From positions 7,675 to 71,674 of the forward strand of contig CAZTOZ010000071.1 of assembly GCA_964614535.1 (NCBI GenBank): a stretch of DNA of 64,000 nt, read 5' to 3'. Numbering within the stretch: position 1 is the stretch's first letter; each line of letters opens with the position of its first letter. The position numbers and the translations under genes are program-made. This document shows, one piece after another, positions 21,586-33,278 of the stretch. The notes under the pieces are model-generated. The model was given only the letters and a program-made list of their open reading frames with translations. It ran no database searches and was not told where the DNA came from. The stretch comes from an uncultured Thiotrichales bacterium (lineage in GTDB: Bacteria; Pseudomonadota; Gammaproteobacteria; UWMA-0217).

Positions 21586-22185
21586 CTACTTCTTCTTGGG
21601 ACGCCCGCGCTTCTTCGGCGGCGCGGTGATCTTTTTCAGTGCATCCTTCTCCCACTTTTCGGCAAAGCGGGCGACGGCCTTGGTCTTGGCCTCGAAGAGT
21701 TTCAGCAACTTGGCTTCCTTCTGGGCAGCCGCTCTGAGCTCCGCTTTCAACTCCTTGATCTCGCTCTTGAGCGCAGTGATCTGTGCTTTCGCCTCGGCCT
21801 TGAAGTTCTTCAGCGCGACGGCTGCCGTCACGCCAGCGGGACGACCACGCTTCTTGGTCGTTGTCGTTGCCGCTGCGGTCGTGGTGCTGGCCGACTTCGG
21901 TGGACGCCCACGCTTTTTCGGCGCGGCAGCGGTGGTGGTTGCCGACTTGGGTGGACGACCACGTTTCTTCGGTGCCGCCGCGGCAGTGCTGGCAGACTTG
22001 GGCGGACGACCACGTTTCTTCTTCGGCGCCGCCGCCGTGGTACTGGCCGACTTGGGCGGGCGACCACGCTTCTTTTTCGGCGCGGCAGCCTTGGTGCTGC
22101 TGGCGGACTTGGGTGGACGCCCCCGGCGGGGTTTTTCCTCGCTGGCTGTTTCCGGTTTCGCGTTGCTGTCTTTCTCTTGAGGCAT
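21586..22185 (-). CDS. AT-hook repeat (RGRPPK x5) histone-like/nucleoid-associated protein with a C-terminal coiled coil
   Basis: There are five tandem 'KKRGRPPKSAS..AAAP' units and a terminal 'KKRGRPKKK'. A Lys/Ala/Glu-rich helix is also present. Confidence 0.7.
   Translation of the reverse strand: MPQEKDSNAKPETASEEKPRRGRPPKSASSTKAAAPKKKRGRPPKSASTTAAAPKKKRGRPPKSASTAAAAPKKRGRPPKSATTTAAAPKKRGRPPKSASTTTAAATTTTKKRGRPAGVTAAVALKNFKAEAKAQITALKSEIKELKAELRAAAQKEAKLLKLFEAKTKAVARFAEKWEKDALKKITAPPKKRGRPKKK
21890..22135. repeat. about five imperfect tandem DNA repeats (about 51-57 bp) encoding the AT-hook units
   Basis: Recurring 'gg(c)cgacttgggtggacgaccacgtttcttcggcgc...' units are visible directly in the sequence. 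Confidence 0.8.
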
Positions 22186-22471
22186 TTATTTCTCCGGGAA
22201 TTGGTTGAGTGTCTGCGATTATATGTCTAAAGCTCTATTTTGCAACGATATTCCCGGGAAAACAGCGAAAAAACGGCCCATCGAGCCCAATTTCCAGCCG
22301 AAATTCGATGAAATTGATTTATTTAACAATTGATCGTCCTGTTTTTCCGACCAACGGCAACCATCCCGGCGGGCCGACCAGCGCCACGAAACAGCGAGTC
22401 GTACGAGGGAAATGGTGCACGACCCAGCGAGCAACGGCATAATGCAGCCTTCCCGACGAGTCGAAACCGCC

Positions 22472-22897
22472 ATGAATTCCAAAACCCGCCTCTCCCCTGC
22501 GACGCTGCCGCGCCGTCTGCTCGCGATCGTCTATGACCTCTTCCTGCTGCTGTCGGTGCTGTTCGTCTCATCCATCCCGCTGGTCGCCATTTTCGATATC
22601 ACCTGGGGCGGCCCCTACTACGGCTACTACCGCGCCTGGCTGTTTCTGTTGTGTTTTCTCTATTTTGGCTGGTTCTGGGTGCATGGCGGTCAGACGTTGG
22701 GGATGAAGAGCTGGGGGCTGCGACTGGTGAGCAACCGCGGCGGTACGATCACCTGGCCTCAGGCGATGCTACGCTTCGTTGCGGCCATCGCCTCGTGGCT
22801 GGCATTCGGCATGGGGTTTTTGTGGAGCCTGTGGCGGCAGGATCGCGCCACCTGGCACGACCTGCTATCGGACACCCGGCTGGCCAGGGTCCACTGA
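22472..22897 (+). CDS. RDD-family membrane protein
   Basis: 'LLAIVYDLFLL', three TM segments and conserved R/D residues are present. The start is taken at MNSKTRL. Confidence 0.7.
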   Translation: MNSKTRLSPATLPRRLLAIVYDLFLLLSVLFVSSIPLVAIFDITWGGPYYGYYRAWLFLLCFLYFGWFWVHGGQTLGMKSWGLRLVSNRGGTITWPQAMLRFVAAIASWLAFGMGFLWSLWRQDRATWHDLLSDTRLARVH

Positions 22898-22907
22898 GCG
22901 GTCGCCG

Positions 22908-23972
22908 TCAGACGCGCCGAAGCATCAACAGCGCAAGCACGAGAAAAATGGCTGGCGGCAACACCGCGCTGAGAAATGGCGGCACGCCATAGACGACACC
23001 CAACTGGTTCAGCAGGCGACTGGTCAGATAATAGCCCACCCCCAGCAACGTTCCGACGAAGAGCTTCTGACCCGCGCCGCCGCTACGCTGGGAACCGAAG
23101 ACGAATGGCAACGCCAGCAACAACATGATCAACGACGAAAAGGGCTGAACGAACCGGTTCCAGAAAGCCAGCCGGTACTGGGTACTCTCCAGGCCATTGG
23201 CCCGCAGATAGCGGATATAGTCGTACAGTGACGACGCAGACATTCTTGCCGGTTTCTGCTGCAACACGGCGAACATGCCGTCGTCCACCAGATCGGTCCA
23301 CGTTTCTTGGGCGGTTTGACGGAGGCTGACGGCATCGTCGGCAAACTCGACCCGGCTCACATCGTCGAGTACCCAGCCCTCGCCGTTCTTCCGGGCACTG
23401 GCGGCACGCACCACCGACCGCAGACGATTGCCATCGAATTCGAACACTTCCACATCGAGCAAATGGCTGTTGTTGGCGATTCCCCGCGTGCGTACGAAAC
23501 GGCCGGCATGTTTCATCCACAGCCCCGAATCGGACTGGATCGCCAGATTGGCGGACACCGATCCGGTTCGCAGCCGCTCCCCTTTTTGCTGCGCCATCGG
23601 GGCCAGCCATTCGCCGAGCAGAAAAATGGCGACGACGAACACGAGCCCCGCTTTCAGCGTCGCCGCGGCAATGCCGCCGATGGACATGCCGGCAGCCCGC
23701 ATTGCGGTCAGCTCGCCCTGGGCCGCCAGCCCCCCCAGACTGAGCAGCCCCCCGATCAGCACCGCCGTCGGCGCATATTGATACATCCGCTCCGGGAGAC
23801 TGAAGAAGATGACCAGCAACGCCTCCAGATGGCCATAGTCGCCCCGGCCGACGTCATCCAGTTCATTGATATAGGCAAAAAAGGCATCCAGCGCGGTCAG
23901 CGTCATCAACACCAGCAACACACCGGCCAGCAGCTGCCAGAAAAGATAGCGGTCGAAAATACGGATCAGCAT
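22908..23972 (-). CDS. lptG: LPS export ABC permease LptG
   Basis: 'MLIRIFDRYLFWQLL' is a YjgP/YjgQ-family start. A 4-nt ATGA overlap links it to lptF. Confidence 0.85.
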   Translation of the reverse strand: MLIRIFDRYLFWQLLAGVLLVLMTLTALDAFFAYINELDDVGRGDYGHLEALLVIFFSLPERMYQYAPTAVLIGGLLSLGGLAAQGELTAMRAAGMSIGGIAAATLKAGLVFVVAIFLLGEWLAPMAQQKGERLRTGSVSANLAIQSDSGLWMKHAGRFVRTRGIANNSHLLDVEVFEFDGNRLRSVVRAASARKNGEGWVLDDVSRVEFADDAVSLRQTAQETWTDLVDDGMFAVLQQKPARMSASSLYDYIRYLRANGLESTQYRLAFWNRFVQPFSSLIMLLLALPFVFGSQRSGGAGQKLFVGTLLGVGYYLTSRLLNQLGVVYGVPPFLSAVLPPAIFLVLALLMLRRV

Positions 23973-23974
23973 CG

Positions 23975-25072
23975 TCACACCACCGCCGCCCTGGACGACA
24001 ACCGCAACCGGAACCCCGACCGCTGCCACATCAGCAAGAGAAAGAGCAGCATGAACAGCCCATGCACCCACCACAGGCCGAGCCCCGCCGGCATGACACC
24101 CGCCTCGATCCAGTTCTTGCCGAGACCGAGCAGGTTGGCATAGAGCACATACAACAGGATGGCGATGGCGACGCGGCCGAAGCGCCCCTTGCGTGGCGAG
24201 GTGTGGCTCAGCGGCACGGCGAGAAAGGTCAGCACGATCACACTGATGGGAAAGGAGAGCCGCCAGTGCAGCTCCGCACGCCTGCCGGGCTCGTCACTGC
24301 CGAGCAGTTGTTCCAGCGGCAACATCTTCAGTCGCACCCGGCCGGCACCCGCTACGCCGGGCACGTTGATCCGGTTGCCACTGAACCGACCGGCGATATA
24401 GCGGTCCGAACCCGGCGCGCCCTGATAGAAATTTCCATCGTGGAGCTCGAGATAGCGGGCATGGCCCCGCCCGTCATCGATCTGGCTCGCGGTGCGTGCC
24501 GTCATGACCTTGAGATGGTTGCCACGCCCCGAAAACAGCACGATTTCCTCCAGCGCCTCACCATCGTCACTGCGCCCACCGGCGAATATCACCCGGTCGT
24601 TCCCCGGCAGGGCGATGAAACGGCCCGGCGTGACCGCAGCGAGATCGAACCGCGTCGCCGCGGCCTGGCGCAGCTCCTGGCTACGCACCGCCGCATGGGG
24701 CGAGACCCAGGCCGCCAGCAAGAACAGGATCAGCGCCACCGCGACGCCGAACCAGAGAAACAGCCGCACCAGCGCCATGTCCCCGATGCCCATGGTGCGC
24801 AGCGCATAGATTTCGCTGTTGCGGTAGAGCGTGCCCATCGTCAGCAGGATGGCGAGAAACGCCGACACCACCAGCAACGTCGTCAACGAACCGACCGAGC
24901 CCCACAGCAGCAACGGGAACACCAGCGAAAACTCGATACTGCCGTCGGCCACCTTGCCCAGCAACTTGACGAACACGCCACCGAGCAGAATCAGCAGCAG
25001 CACCAGCAAGATGGCCACGAAATTGCCGGCGACATCCTTGAGCAAATAGCGGTGGACGATGGGGATCTGCAT
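23975..25072 (-). CDS. lptF: LPS export ABC permease LptF
   Basis: The start is 'MQIPIVHRYLLKDV'. The gene is divergent from pepA, as in E. coli. Confidence 0.85.
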   Translation of the reverse strand: MQIPIVHRYLLKDVAGNFVAILLVLLLILLGGVFVKLLGKVADGSIEFSLVFPLLLWGSVGSLTTLLVVSAFLAILLTMGTLYRNSEIYALRTMGIGDMALVRLFLWFGVAVALILFLLAAWVSPHAAVRSQELRQAAATRFDLAAVTPGRFIALPGNDRVIFAGGRSDDGEALEEIVLFSGRGNHLKVMTARTASQIDDGRGHARYLELHDGNFYQGAPGSDRYIAGRFSGNRINVPGVAGAGRVRLKMLPLEQLLGSDEPGRRAELHWRLSFPISVIVLTFLAVPLSHTSPRKGRFGRVAIAILLYVLYANLLGLGKNWIEAGVMPAGLGLWWVHGLFMLLFLLLMWQRSGFRLRLSSRAAVV

Positions 25073-25170
25073 GGGGGTGATTTGCTATGATTCGGCGGCA
25101 CAGTTTACATCACCCCGTTACCGCCGACGACGCTCGTCGCGGACGGGGCACTCACCAAGGTAGAGGAAGC

Positions 25171-26673
25171 GCAATGACCATCGACTACGCAATCAAGACG
25201 GGCAGACCGGAAAAACAACGCAGTGGCTGCATCGTGCTGCCGGTCTTCAAGGACGGCAAGCTCAGCGACATCGCCGAGGCATTCGACAAGCTCACCGACA
25301 ATTCACTGACGCGGTTTCTCGCCAAGGGTGACTTCGACGGCGACTGCGGCGACACCACCCTGCTCTACGGCATCGACGGCGCGGCCTCCGACCGCATCAT
25401 GCTGGTCGGCCTGGGGGAGGCGGACAAGCTCGATTTTCGCGCATTCAAAAAAGCGGCCGATGCGGTAGCCAAACGGCTGGACCAATCCGGCGCGACCGAT
25501 GCGGCCAACTATCTGGCCACGGCCAGCACCGAGAAAATGACACTGGCCCAACGCGTGCGGGAAGTGGTCATCAGCACCGAAGCGGCGCTCTACCGTTTCG
25601 ACGCCTTTCGCTCGGAGAAGGAAAAGAAACGCCGCAAGTTCAAACGCATGACGATCTTCGTCAATCAGCGGCGTGACAGCACCGCCGCGGAAGAGGCCAT
25701 GCGGCAGGGCGTGGCCATCGCCGCCGGCATGGCATTGACGAAGGATCTGGCCAACCAGCCCCCGAACGTCTGCAACCCATCGTGGCTCGCCGGCCAGGCA
25801 CGCAAGCTGGGCCGCAAGCACCGCAAGCTCAAAGTGGAGGTGCTCGACGAAAAACAGCTGCAGAAGCTCGGCATGGGCGCCTTCGTCGCCGTCAGCAAAG
25901 GCAGCAAGGAGCCGGGCAAGCTGATCACGATGGAGTACAACGGCACCGGCAGAAAAACGGCCAAGCCCATCGTCCTCGTCGGCAAGGGCATCACCTTCGA
26001 CACCGGTGGCATCTCCATCAAGCCGTCGGCCAAGATGGACGAAATGAAATTCGACATGGGCGGCGCAGCCTCCGTTTTCGGCGTCGTCCAGGCCTGCCTC
26101 CTCCTGAACCTGCCGGTGCATCTGGTCGGCGTCGTGGCCGCCGCGGAGAACATGCCCGACGGCAACGCCAGCCGCCCCGGCGACATCGTCAAGACGCTCT
26201 CCGGCCAGACGGTGGAAATCCTCAACACCGATGCCGAGGGCCGGCTCGTACTCTGCGATGCCCTCACCTATATAAAAAAGTACAAGCCGGAGACCGTCAT
26301 CGACATCGCCACGTTGACCGGTGCCTGCATCGTCGCGCTCGGCCACGTGGCCTCCGGCATGCTCTGCAATGACCGCGAAGTGGGCGATGCGCTGCTCGAG
26401 GCCAGTCGCAGCATCGACGACCGTATCTGGGAGTTGCCGTTGTGGGACGACTATGCCGAGCAGCTCAAAAGCAACTTCGCCGACATGGCCAACATCGGCA
26501 GCAACGGCGCCGGCACGATCACGGCCGCCTCGTTCCTGGCGAAATTCACCGGGGATTACCGCTGGGCCCATCTGGACATCGCTGGCACGGCCTGGAAGTC
26601 CAACGCCGAGAAAGGGGCCACCGGCCGGCCAGTGCCGCTGCTGGTGGAATTCATTCTGCGGCAGATCGGTTAG
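25171..26673 (+). CDS. pepA: leucyl aminopeptidase
   Basis: The M17 signature 'NTDAEGRL' and '[11 protein letters not shown]' are present. Confidence 0.95.
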   Translation, partial: AMTIDYAIKTGRPEKQRSGCIVLPVFKDGKLSDIAEAFDKLTDNSLTRFLAKGDFDGDCGDTTLLYGIDGAASDRIMLVGLGEADKLDFRAFKKAADAVAKRLDQSGATDAANYLATASTEKMTLAQRVREVVISTEAALYRFDAFRSEKEKKRRKFKRMTIFVNQRRDSTAAEEAMRQGVAIAAGMALTKDLANQPPNVCNPSWLAGQARKLGRKHRKLKVEVLDEKQLQKLGMGAFVAVSKGSKEPGKLITMEYNGTGRKTAKPIVLVGKGITFDTGGISIKPSAKMDEMKFDMGGAASVFGVVQACLLLNLPVHLVGVVAAAENMPDGNASRPGDIVKTLSGQTVEILNTDAEGRLVLCDALTYIKKYKPETVIDIATLTGACIVALGHVASGMLCNDREVGDALLEASRSIDDRIWELPLWDDYAEQLKSNFADMANIGSNGAGTITAASFLAKFTGDYRWAHLDIAGTAWKSNAEKGATGRPVPLLVEFILRQIG

Positions 26674-26733
26674 CGGTCCGCGCCCCCAGACGGTGCCGGA
26701 CCATCAGAAAACCAACCCCGGGAGCGGCCGACA

Positions 26734-27156
26734 TTGACCCAAGTGGATTTCTACGTGCTCGACGACGGCGCGCCACTGGCGCGCCTGCAGTTTGCCGTCA
26801 GGCTCGTCGAGAAGCTGTTTCGCAACGGCATCGCGGTTCACGTCAACCACGCCGACACGGCCCAGCAACAGCGGCTGGACGAACTGCTATGGACCGCGCG
26901 CGACATCAGTTTCATCCCCCACGAGGTGAGCGCGGCGCCGCTGCCGCATTGTCCTGTCACGCTCAACGTGGGAAACTTCGACGGACACGACGGCGTCCTC
27001 ATCAATCTGGCGACCGAGGTGCCGGAGTGGTTCAGCCGCTTCGAGCGGGTGGTGGAAATCATCGACAGGCAGGATCCCGACGTATCCGCCGGCAGGGAAC
27101 GCTACCGCTTCTATAAGGATCGGGGCTATCCACTGAAGAATCACACGATGGGGTGA
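26734..27156 (+). CDS. holC: DNA polymerase III chi subunit
   Basis: The N-terminal 'FYVLDD' block is present. The pepA-holC-valS synteny is conserved. Confidence 0.85.
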   Translation: MTQVDFYVLDDGAPLARLQFAVRLVEKLFRNGIAVHVNHADTAQQQRLDELLWTARDISFIPHEVSAAPLPHCPVTLNVGNFDGHDGVLINLATEVPEWFSRFERVVEIIDRQDPDVSAGRERYRFYKDRGYPLKNHTMG

Positions 27157-27159
27157 CAG

Positions 27160-27492
27160 ATGAGCGACGACGACAAAGACATTCCGGTTCTCGACGAGGT
27201 GATCTTTCCGGGCCGTCCGGAACAGGTCAAGGAGCCCGCGCCTGCCGCGCCGCCGCCCCCTCCCCGTCCAACCCCGACCCTGCGGGAGCGCATCACCGCC
27301 CATCAGCCACTGTCGGAACAGCAGGTGAGCAAGCCCCGCCCCAAGCAGTCCAACTTCGAGGCGTTGATCACCAAGCAGATCGACGCCGTGCTGGAGAAGC
27401 ACATGCAGGCCGCGCGCGAGGAGATCGTCAACATCGTCATGCTGGAGCTGCGCTCCCGCCTGCCCAGCGGCGGCAAACGGCCGGGTTCGTAA
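27160..27492 (+). CDS. hypothetical Pro-rich small protein between holC and valS
   Basis: Only ORF and positional evidence supports it. The Pro-rich low-complexity centre makes it uncertain. Confidence 0.4.
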   Translation: MSDDDKDIPVLDEVIFPGRPEQVKEPAPAAPPPPPRPTPTLRERITAHQPLSEQQVSKPRPKQSNFEALITKQIDAVLEKHMQAAREEIVNIVMLELRSRLPSGGKRPGS

Positions 27493-27627
27493 CGCCCGCT
27501 GTCGCCCCGCCGGTGGCCGCCGTCGTCGTCGCGCACGGCAGCCGGTGACGGCGACCGCCCCTGCTTGCACTCCCTCCGACCGGCATTATACTGGCGGCCC
27601 TCGCTCACTCCGCCGCGGAATGCCTCC

Positions 27628-30393
27628 ATGGACAAGACCTACAATCCCCACGACATCGAACAGCGCTGGTATCAGACCTGGGAAGCCAACGGCTATTTCG
27701 CCCCCTCGGGCAAGGGGAACCCCTACTGCATCATGATCCCGCCGCCCAATGTGACCGGCACGCTCCACATGGGGCATGCCTTCCAGGACACACTGATGGA
27801 CGCACTGGTTCGCTACCACCGGATGAAAGGCGACAACACGTTGTGGCAGCCGGGCACTGACCACGCCGGCATCGCCACGCAGATGGTGGTCGAGCGGCAA
27901 CTGATGGCGGAGCAAAAGACCCGTCACGATCTCGGCCGCGAGGCCTTCGTCGAACGCGTCTGGCAGTGGAAGGCGGAATCCGGCGGCGCCATCACCCAGC
28001 AGTTGCGTCGCATGGGGGCATCGGTGGACTGGAGCCGTGAGCGCTTCACGATGGACGAGGGGTTGTCGGCGGCCGTCACCAAAGTGTTCGTCAGCCTCTA
28101 TGACGAAGGGCTGATCTATCGCGGCAAGCGTCTGGTCAACTGGGACCCGGTGCTCCACACCGCCATTTCCGACCTGGAAGTGATCGCCGAGGAGGAGAAC
28201 GGCCACCTCTGGCACATGCGCTATCCGCTGGCCGACGGCTCGGGGCATCTGGTGGTTGCCACCACCCGGCCGGAGACGATGCTCGGCGACACCGCCGTCG
28301 CCGTCCACCCCGACGACCAGCGCTACCAGCATCTGATCGGCAAGGAGATCCGCCTGCCACTGACCGACCGCCTCATTCCGGTCATCGCCGACGACTACGT
28401 CGATCCCGAATTCGGCACCGGCTGCGTCAAGATCACGCCGGCCCACGATTTCAACGACTACGAGATGGGCCAGCGGCACGACCTCCCGCTGATCAATATC
28501 TTCACCGTCGATGCCACGATCAACGACGCGGCACCGGAGAAGTACCGCGGCATGGACCGCTTCGAGGCACGCCGGCAGATCGTCGAGGATCTGAAGGCGC
28601 TGGATCTGCTGGAGAAGATCGACGACCACAAACTGATGGTGCCACGCGGCGACCGCTCCGGGACCGTCATCGAGCCGTTTCTCACCGACCAGTGGTACGT
28701 CAGGATCGAGCCGCTGGCCAAGCCCGCCATCGAGGCGGTGGAATCGGGGCGGATCCGCTTCATCCCCGAGAACTGGGACAAGACCTATTTCGAGTGGATG
28801 CGCAATATCCAGGACTGGTGCATCTCGCGCCAGCTCTGGTGGGGCCACCGCATTCCGGCCTGGTACGACGATGCCGGCAATATCTACGTCGCCGCCAGCG
28901 AAACCGAAGCGCGGGAGAAATACGACCTTTCCCCCGATCTGGCACTGCGCCAGGACGACGACGTGCTCGACACTTGGTTCTCCTCGGCGCTGTGGCCCTT
29001 CTCCACACTCGGCTGGCCAGAGCAGACGGAGGCACTGCGTACCTTCTACCCCACCAGCGTCCTCGTCACCGGCTTCGACATCATCTTCTTCTGGGTGGCA
29101 CGGATGATCATGATGGGTCTGAAATTCATGGACGACGTGCCGTTCCGAGAAATCTACGTCCACGGACTGATCCGCGACGCCGAAGGACAGAAAATGTCCA
29201 AGTCCAAGGGCAACGTGCTCGACCCGATCGACCTGATCGACGGCATCGACCTGGAGTCGCTGGTGAAAAAACGCACCAGCAACATGATGCAGCCGGAAAA
29301 GGCGGCACAGATCGAAAAGGCGACACGCAAGCATTTTCCCGACGGCATCCCGTCGTTCGGCACCGATGCACTGCGTTTCACCTTTGCCGCGCTGGCCTCC
29401 AATGGCCGCGACATCCGGTTCGATCTGCAACGGATCGAGGGCTACCGCAATTTCTGCAACAAGATCTGGAATGCCGCCCGCTATGTGCTGATGCAGTGCG
29501 ATGGGCAGGACACCGGCGCCGGGGGCGGTGAGATGACGCTGTCACTGGCCGACCGCTGGATTCTCTCCACACTGCAACGCACCATCGCCACCGTTCACGA
29601 GCACATCGACAAGTACCGTTTCGACATCGCCGCCAAGGCGATCTATGAATTCACCTGGCACGAGTACTGCGACTGGTACCTGGAACTCTCCAAGCCGCTG
29701 CTCTACAGCGATGGCGCGAGCGATGCCGAAAAACGCGGCACCCGCCACACACTGGTCACGGTGCTGGAGACGATGCTGCGCCTGACGCACCCGATCATGC
29801 CCTTCATCACCGAGGAGATCTGGCAGCAGATCAAGCCGCTGGCCGGCATCGACGGCGAAACCATCATGCTCGCCCCCTATCCCGAGCAGGACGAACGCAG
29901 AATCGACGCCGATGCCGAGCGCGACATCGCCTGGCTCAAGTCGCTGGTGCTCGGGGTACGCAAGATTCGCGGTGAAATGAGCATCAGCCCGGCCAAACCA
30001 CTGCCCCTACTGCTGGCCAACTGGCAGGCCGAAGACCGCAACCGTTTCGAGCGCAATGCCGACTTCATCCAACAACTGGCCAAGCTGGAGAGTGTCACCT
30101 GGCTGGACGACGAACAGGCCGCGCCCGAATCGGCCATGGCGCTGGCCGGTGAAATGAAAATCCTGATTCCGCTGGCCGGGCTCATCGACCGCGATGCCGA
30201 GATCGAACGACTGGAAAAGGAAATCGCCAAGCTGCGCGGCAATCTGGAAAAAACCGAGGCCCGTCTCAACAACCCATCGTTCGCCGGCAAGGCGCCGCCC
30301 GCCGTGGTCGAACAGACACGGCAGCAAGCCGAGGCACAACGCGCCGCACTGGCGCAGCTGGAAAATCAGCGGGAGAAAATCCGCCGCCTGTAG
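27628..30393 (+). CDS. valS: valine--tRNA ligase
   Basis: '[13 protein letters not shown]' (HIGH) and 'KMSKSKGN' (KMSKS) are present. A C-terminal coiled coil is also present. Confidence 0.97.
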   Translation: MDKTYNPHDIEQRWYQTWEANGYFAPSGKGNPYCIMIPPPNVTGTLHMGHAFQDTLMDALVRYHRMKGDNTLWQPGTDHAGIATQMVVERQLMAEQKTRHDLGREAFVERVWQWKAESGGAITQQLRRMGASVDWSRERFTMDEGLSAAVTKVFVSLYDEGLIYRGKRLVNWDPVLHTAISDLEVIAEEENGHLWHMRYPLADGSGHLVVATTRPETMLGDTAVAVHPDDQRYQHLIGKEIRLPLTDRLIPVIADDYVDPEFGTGCVKITPAHDFNDYEMGQRHDLPLINIFTVDATINDAAPEKYRGMDRFEARRQIVEDLKALDLLEKIDDHKLMVPRGDRSGTVIEPFLTDQWYVRIEPLAKPAIEAVESGRIRFIPENWDKTYFEWMRNIQDWCISRQLWWGHRIPAWYDDAGNIYVAASETEAREKYDLSPDLALRQDDDVLDTWFSSALWPFSTLGWPEQTEALRTFYPTSVLVTGFDIIFFWVARMIMMGLKFMDDVPFREIYVHGLIRDAEGQKMSKSKGNVLDPIDLIDGIDLESLVKKRTSNMMQPEKAAQIEKATRKHFPDGIPSFGTDALRFTFAALASNGRDIRFDLQRIEGYRNFCNKIWNAARYVLMQCDGQDTGAGGGEMTLSLADRWILSTLQRTIATVHEHIDKYRFDIAAKAIYEFTWHEYCDWYLELSKPLLYSDGASDAEKRGTRHTLVTVLETMLRLTHPIMPFITEEIWQQIKPLAGIDGETIMLAPYPEQDERRIDADAERDIAWLKSLVLGVRKIRGEMSISPAKPLPLLLANWQAEDRNRFERNADFIQQLAKLESVTWLDDEQAAPESAMALAGEMKILIPLAGLIDRDAEIERLEKEIAKLRGNLEKTEARLNNPSFAGKAPPAVVEQTRQQAEAQRAALAQLENQREKIRRL

Positions 30394-30490
30394 CCGGGCC
30401 CGGAACAAGCCATCTGCGGTTTCGCTCAATCTCCGGAGGCGGTTATCGGGGAGGCACAAAGCGGCGACCTTCCGTCCGACGCCACCCGAT

Positions 30491-31828
30491 TCATGGCCGA
30501 TACCAGTCGCCTCGCCGTAACCATTCGACGAACTCGTCCGGCGGCAACGGACGGCTGATGAAATAGCCCTGAACCACGTCGCAGCCGGCCTCCATCGCCA
30601 GATGGTAGGTCTCGGCATCCTCGACGCCTTCGGCGATCACACGCAACCCCAAACCATGCGCCAGCTCGGCGATGGTATGGACGATCAGGCGATCCTTGCG
30701 GTCGTTGCGCATGTTGTCGACGAACGCCCGGTCGATCTTGATCTCCTGAATCGGGATATTCTTCAGATATTCGAATGACGAATAGCCGGTGCCGAAATCG
30801 TCCATCGACAGCTTGATGCCCATCTCGTTGAATTCGGAAAAGACCTCCATTGCCTTCTCCGGATTTTCCATGAACGCCGTCTCGGTGATCTCCAGTGTCA
30901 ACGCCTCCACCGGCATGCCCCAGATGTTGCGGCGACCGATGAAGCGCATCAGTGCCGGATCGGGAATGACCTCAGGCGAGAGGTTCACCGCAATCGGCAC
31001 CGCGTTTTCCCCCCAGCGTCTGTACTGGAGAATGGCGTTGTTGAGGGTCTGGAACGTCAGGTCGTTGATCAGGCCGCCACGCTCGGCCGTGGCGATGATC
31101 AGGTCGGGACGGATGGCGCCGAACACCGGGCTGGTCCAGCGCACCAGCGACTCGACGCCCACCACCTCACCGGTGTGAACGTCCACCTTCGGCTGAAAGA
31201 CCGAGCCGATCTCGTTCTGCGCCAGCGCCCGCTCCAGATCCAGCTGCAGCGCGAGAAAGGGGATCTCGTTCTCCTCCGCCGGAATGTCGTCGTGGATGCA
31301 TTGCGGCAGCCGGCCATCGTAGGCGTGCAGCAATGCACTGTCGGCGAGCCGCATCAGCTCCGGCGCCTGAACGGCCCGATCCACCGAGTAGCTGGCGCCG
31401 ATGGTGACATTGACGCGGAAACTGCTGCCCAGCACCGAAAACAGCGGGAAGACGATCTGCCGGATCTTGTTGATGGCGAGGCCCAATTGCTGGCGGATCT
31501 TCAAATCCGGCAGCAACACGACGAATTCCGCGAGCGACAGCGGAATGACCGTCACCTTCGATGGCAACTTCTCGTTCAGACGCTTGAGCATCATCTTGCT
31601 CAGCATCGCCGCGAAGCGGTAGCCGTAACTGCCGAGGATCCGCTGGTACTGGTTGATCTGCACCAGCACCACACCCACCATCAGCGGTGTATCGGCGTTG
31701 GCCGACAGCATGGTCTGCAGGCGGCACAACACATCGTCCCGCGGCACCGTGCGGAAGCCGATGTCACCGCATTCACATTGTTCGAGCGGCGAAAGATCAG
31801 AGATAGAAGTCGTCGGCTGAGACACCAT
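30491..31828 (-). CDS. c-di-GMP phosphodiesterase: degenerate GGDEF plus EAL domain protein
   Basis: The EAL-domain blocks 'ESLVRW', 'EITET' and 'DDFGTGYSS' are present. The N-terminal GGDEF-like fold lacks the GG(D/E)EF motif. The start may instead be an internal Met near 31711. Confidence 0.8.
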   Translation of the reverse strand: MVSQPTTSISDLSPLEQCECGDIGFRTVPRDDVLCRLQTMLSANADTPLMVGVVLVQINQYQRILGSYGYRFAAMLSKMMLKRLNEKLPSKVTVIPLSLAEFVVLLPDLKIRQQLGLAINKIRQIVFPLFSVLGSSFRVNVTIGASYSVDRAVQAPELMRLADSALLHAYDGRLPQCIHDDIPAEENEIPFLALQLDLERALAQNEIGSVFQPKVDVHTGEVVGVESLVRWTSPVFGAIRPDLIIATAERGGLINDLTFQTLNNAILQYRRWGENAVPIAVNLSPEVIPDPALMRFIGRRNIWGMPVEALTLEITETAFMENPEKAMEVFSEFNEMGIKLSMDDFGTGYSSFEYLKNIPIQEIKIDRAFVDNMRNDRKDRLIVHTIAELAHGLGLRVIAEGVEDAETYHLAMEAGCDVVQGYFISRPLPPDEFVEWLRRGDWYRP

Positions 31829-33122
31829 AGGCCCCCGGCTTCAGCGCCGATTCGATGAAGAGCTTGTCGCCGTTCTTGTCCACCAGTTCGAGGGAGAGAT
31901 CACAGTTGTAGGGCATCTCGACTTCACGCTTCTGCGCATCACGGACGATCAGCACCGTCGGACGCAGACGCCGCAGCGGGTTCTGCTCGATGACGATGCC
32001 CACCTCTCCCGAACTGAGCAGCACCAGCGATCCGGTCGGATAGACGCCGAGGCACTGAATGAACTCCTCCACCAGCTCCGGCTGGAATCGCGTACCACTG
32101 CCGTTGTAGAGGGCGTTGATGGCCTGGGAGGTGGTGTGGGCGGGGCGGTAGGGCCGCGGGTGGGTGTAGGCGTCGTAGAAATCGACAATGGCCGCGATCC
32201 GCGCATAGACCGGAATCTCAGATCCCTTCATCCCCTGCGGATAGCCCTTGCCATCGATCCGCTCATGGTGATAGGCCACGATCGCCAACACCTCGGGATC
32301 GATACCCGGCGTCTCGGTCAGCACGTCGATGGAGTAGTCCACATGCTGCTTCAGCAACCGGACCTCGACACGATGCAGCTTGCCCACCTTACCGAGCAGG
32401 GCCGGCGGCAGCTTCAACTTGCCGATGTCGAGCAGCAGGACGCCGAGGGCCAGCTTGTCCAGCTCCCCTTCGGTGAGCCCGAGATGACGGCCGAACATAA
32501 TGGCCAGCACCGACGCATCGACACTGTGGGAATAGCTGTAGTCGTCCTGCGACTTGAGCCGCGACAGCAGAAAGGAGGCATCGGGGTTGCGGATCATGCT
32601 CTCGACGAGCTGGTGGGTCGAGCTCTTGATCTCCTCGACATTGAGCTCGCTGTTCTCGCCATAGGCGGCGATGGCATCGTCCAGCGAAGCCTCCAGCTCG
32701 GCATGCACCTCACGCGCCACCTCCAGCTCCTGCTCGACCGGGGCGGTGATTTCGTATTCGACGAACGCATTGGGAAAACCGAGCGCATCGTGGGCCTTGC
32801 GGGCACTGGCCAACGTCTTCTCCCGCTCGTCGACCGCAGCCGGCTTCCACTGCTCGTTCTGCACGTCCCGCTGCATGACGACATGCTCGACACCACCGTC
32901 CTCGGCGGTGGCCGATGCCATGCTGTCGAAAGTGCTGTTGACATGCCTGCCACGAGCCGGATCGATATAGACGTATCGGCAGCAATCCCTGAGCTGCCGG
33001 ACCTCATCCTCCGACTCGATCAGAAATCCCTGCAACAGGAAAGGAGACTCGTGCCAGGGGCGGTCGAGTTCCGTCACGAACATCCCCTCACTCAGCTCAT
33101 CCACGGCGATCTTGACTGTCAT
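31797..33122 (-). CDS. DUF3391 plus HD-GYP domain c-di-GMP phosphodiesterase
   Basis: 'HHERIDGKGYP' and the HD motif are present. The N-terminus is 'MTVKIAVDELSEGMFV' (DUF3391). Confidence 0.85.
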   Translation of the reverse strand: MTVKIAVDELSEGMFVTELDRPWHESPFLLQGFLIESEDEVRQLRDCCRYVYIDPARGRHVNSTFDSMASATAEDGGVEHVVMQRDVQNEQWKPAAVDEREKTLASARKAHDALGFPNAFVEYEITAPVEQELEVAREVHAELEASLDDAIAAYGENSELNVEEIKSSTHQLVESMIRNPDASFLLSRLKSQDDYSYSHSVDASVLAIMFGRHLGLTEGELDKLALGVLLLDIGKLKLPPALLGKVGKLHRVEVRLLKQHVDYSIDVLTETPGIDPEVLAIVAYHHERIDGKGYPQGMKGSEIPVYARIAAIVDFYDAYTHPRPYRPAHTTSQAINALYNGSGTRFQPELVEEFIQCLGVYPTGSLVLLSSGEVGIVIEQNPLRRLRPTVLIVRDAQKREVEMPYNCDLSLELVDKNGDKLFIESALKPGAYGVSADDFYL

Positions 33123-33278
33123 ATTCCGTTACGTCGTCATCGGTTCCGATCCGGAGCGTGACATTACCAAGGCTGTGGGATCGGCTCTATGAGGCAGCCA
33201 AAAAATTCGGAGCACGATCACAACCGATCGTGCAAGCGGTCGCAAAGCCGGTGTCAACGGAGTAGCACAAAGAACTCA

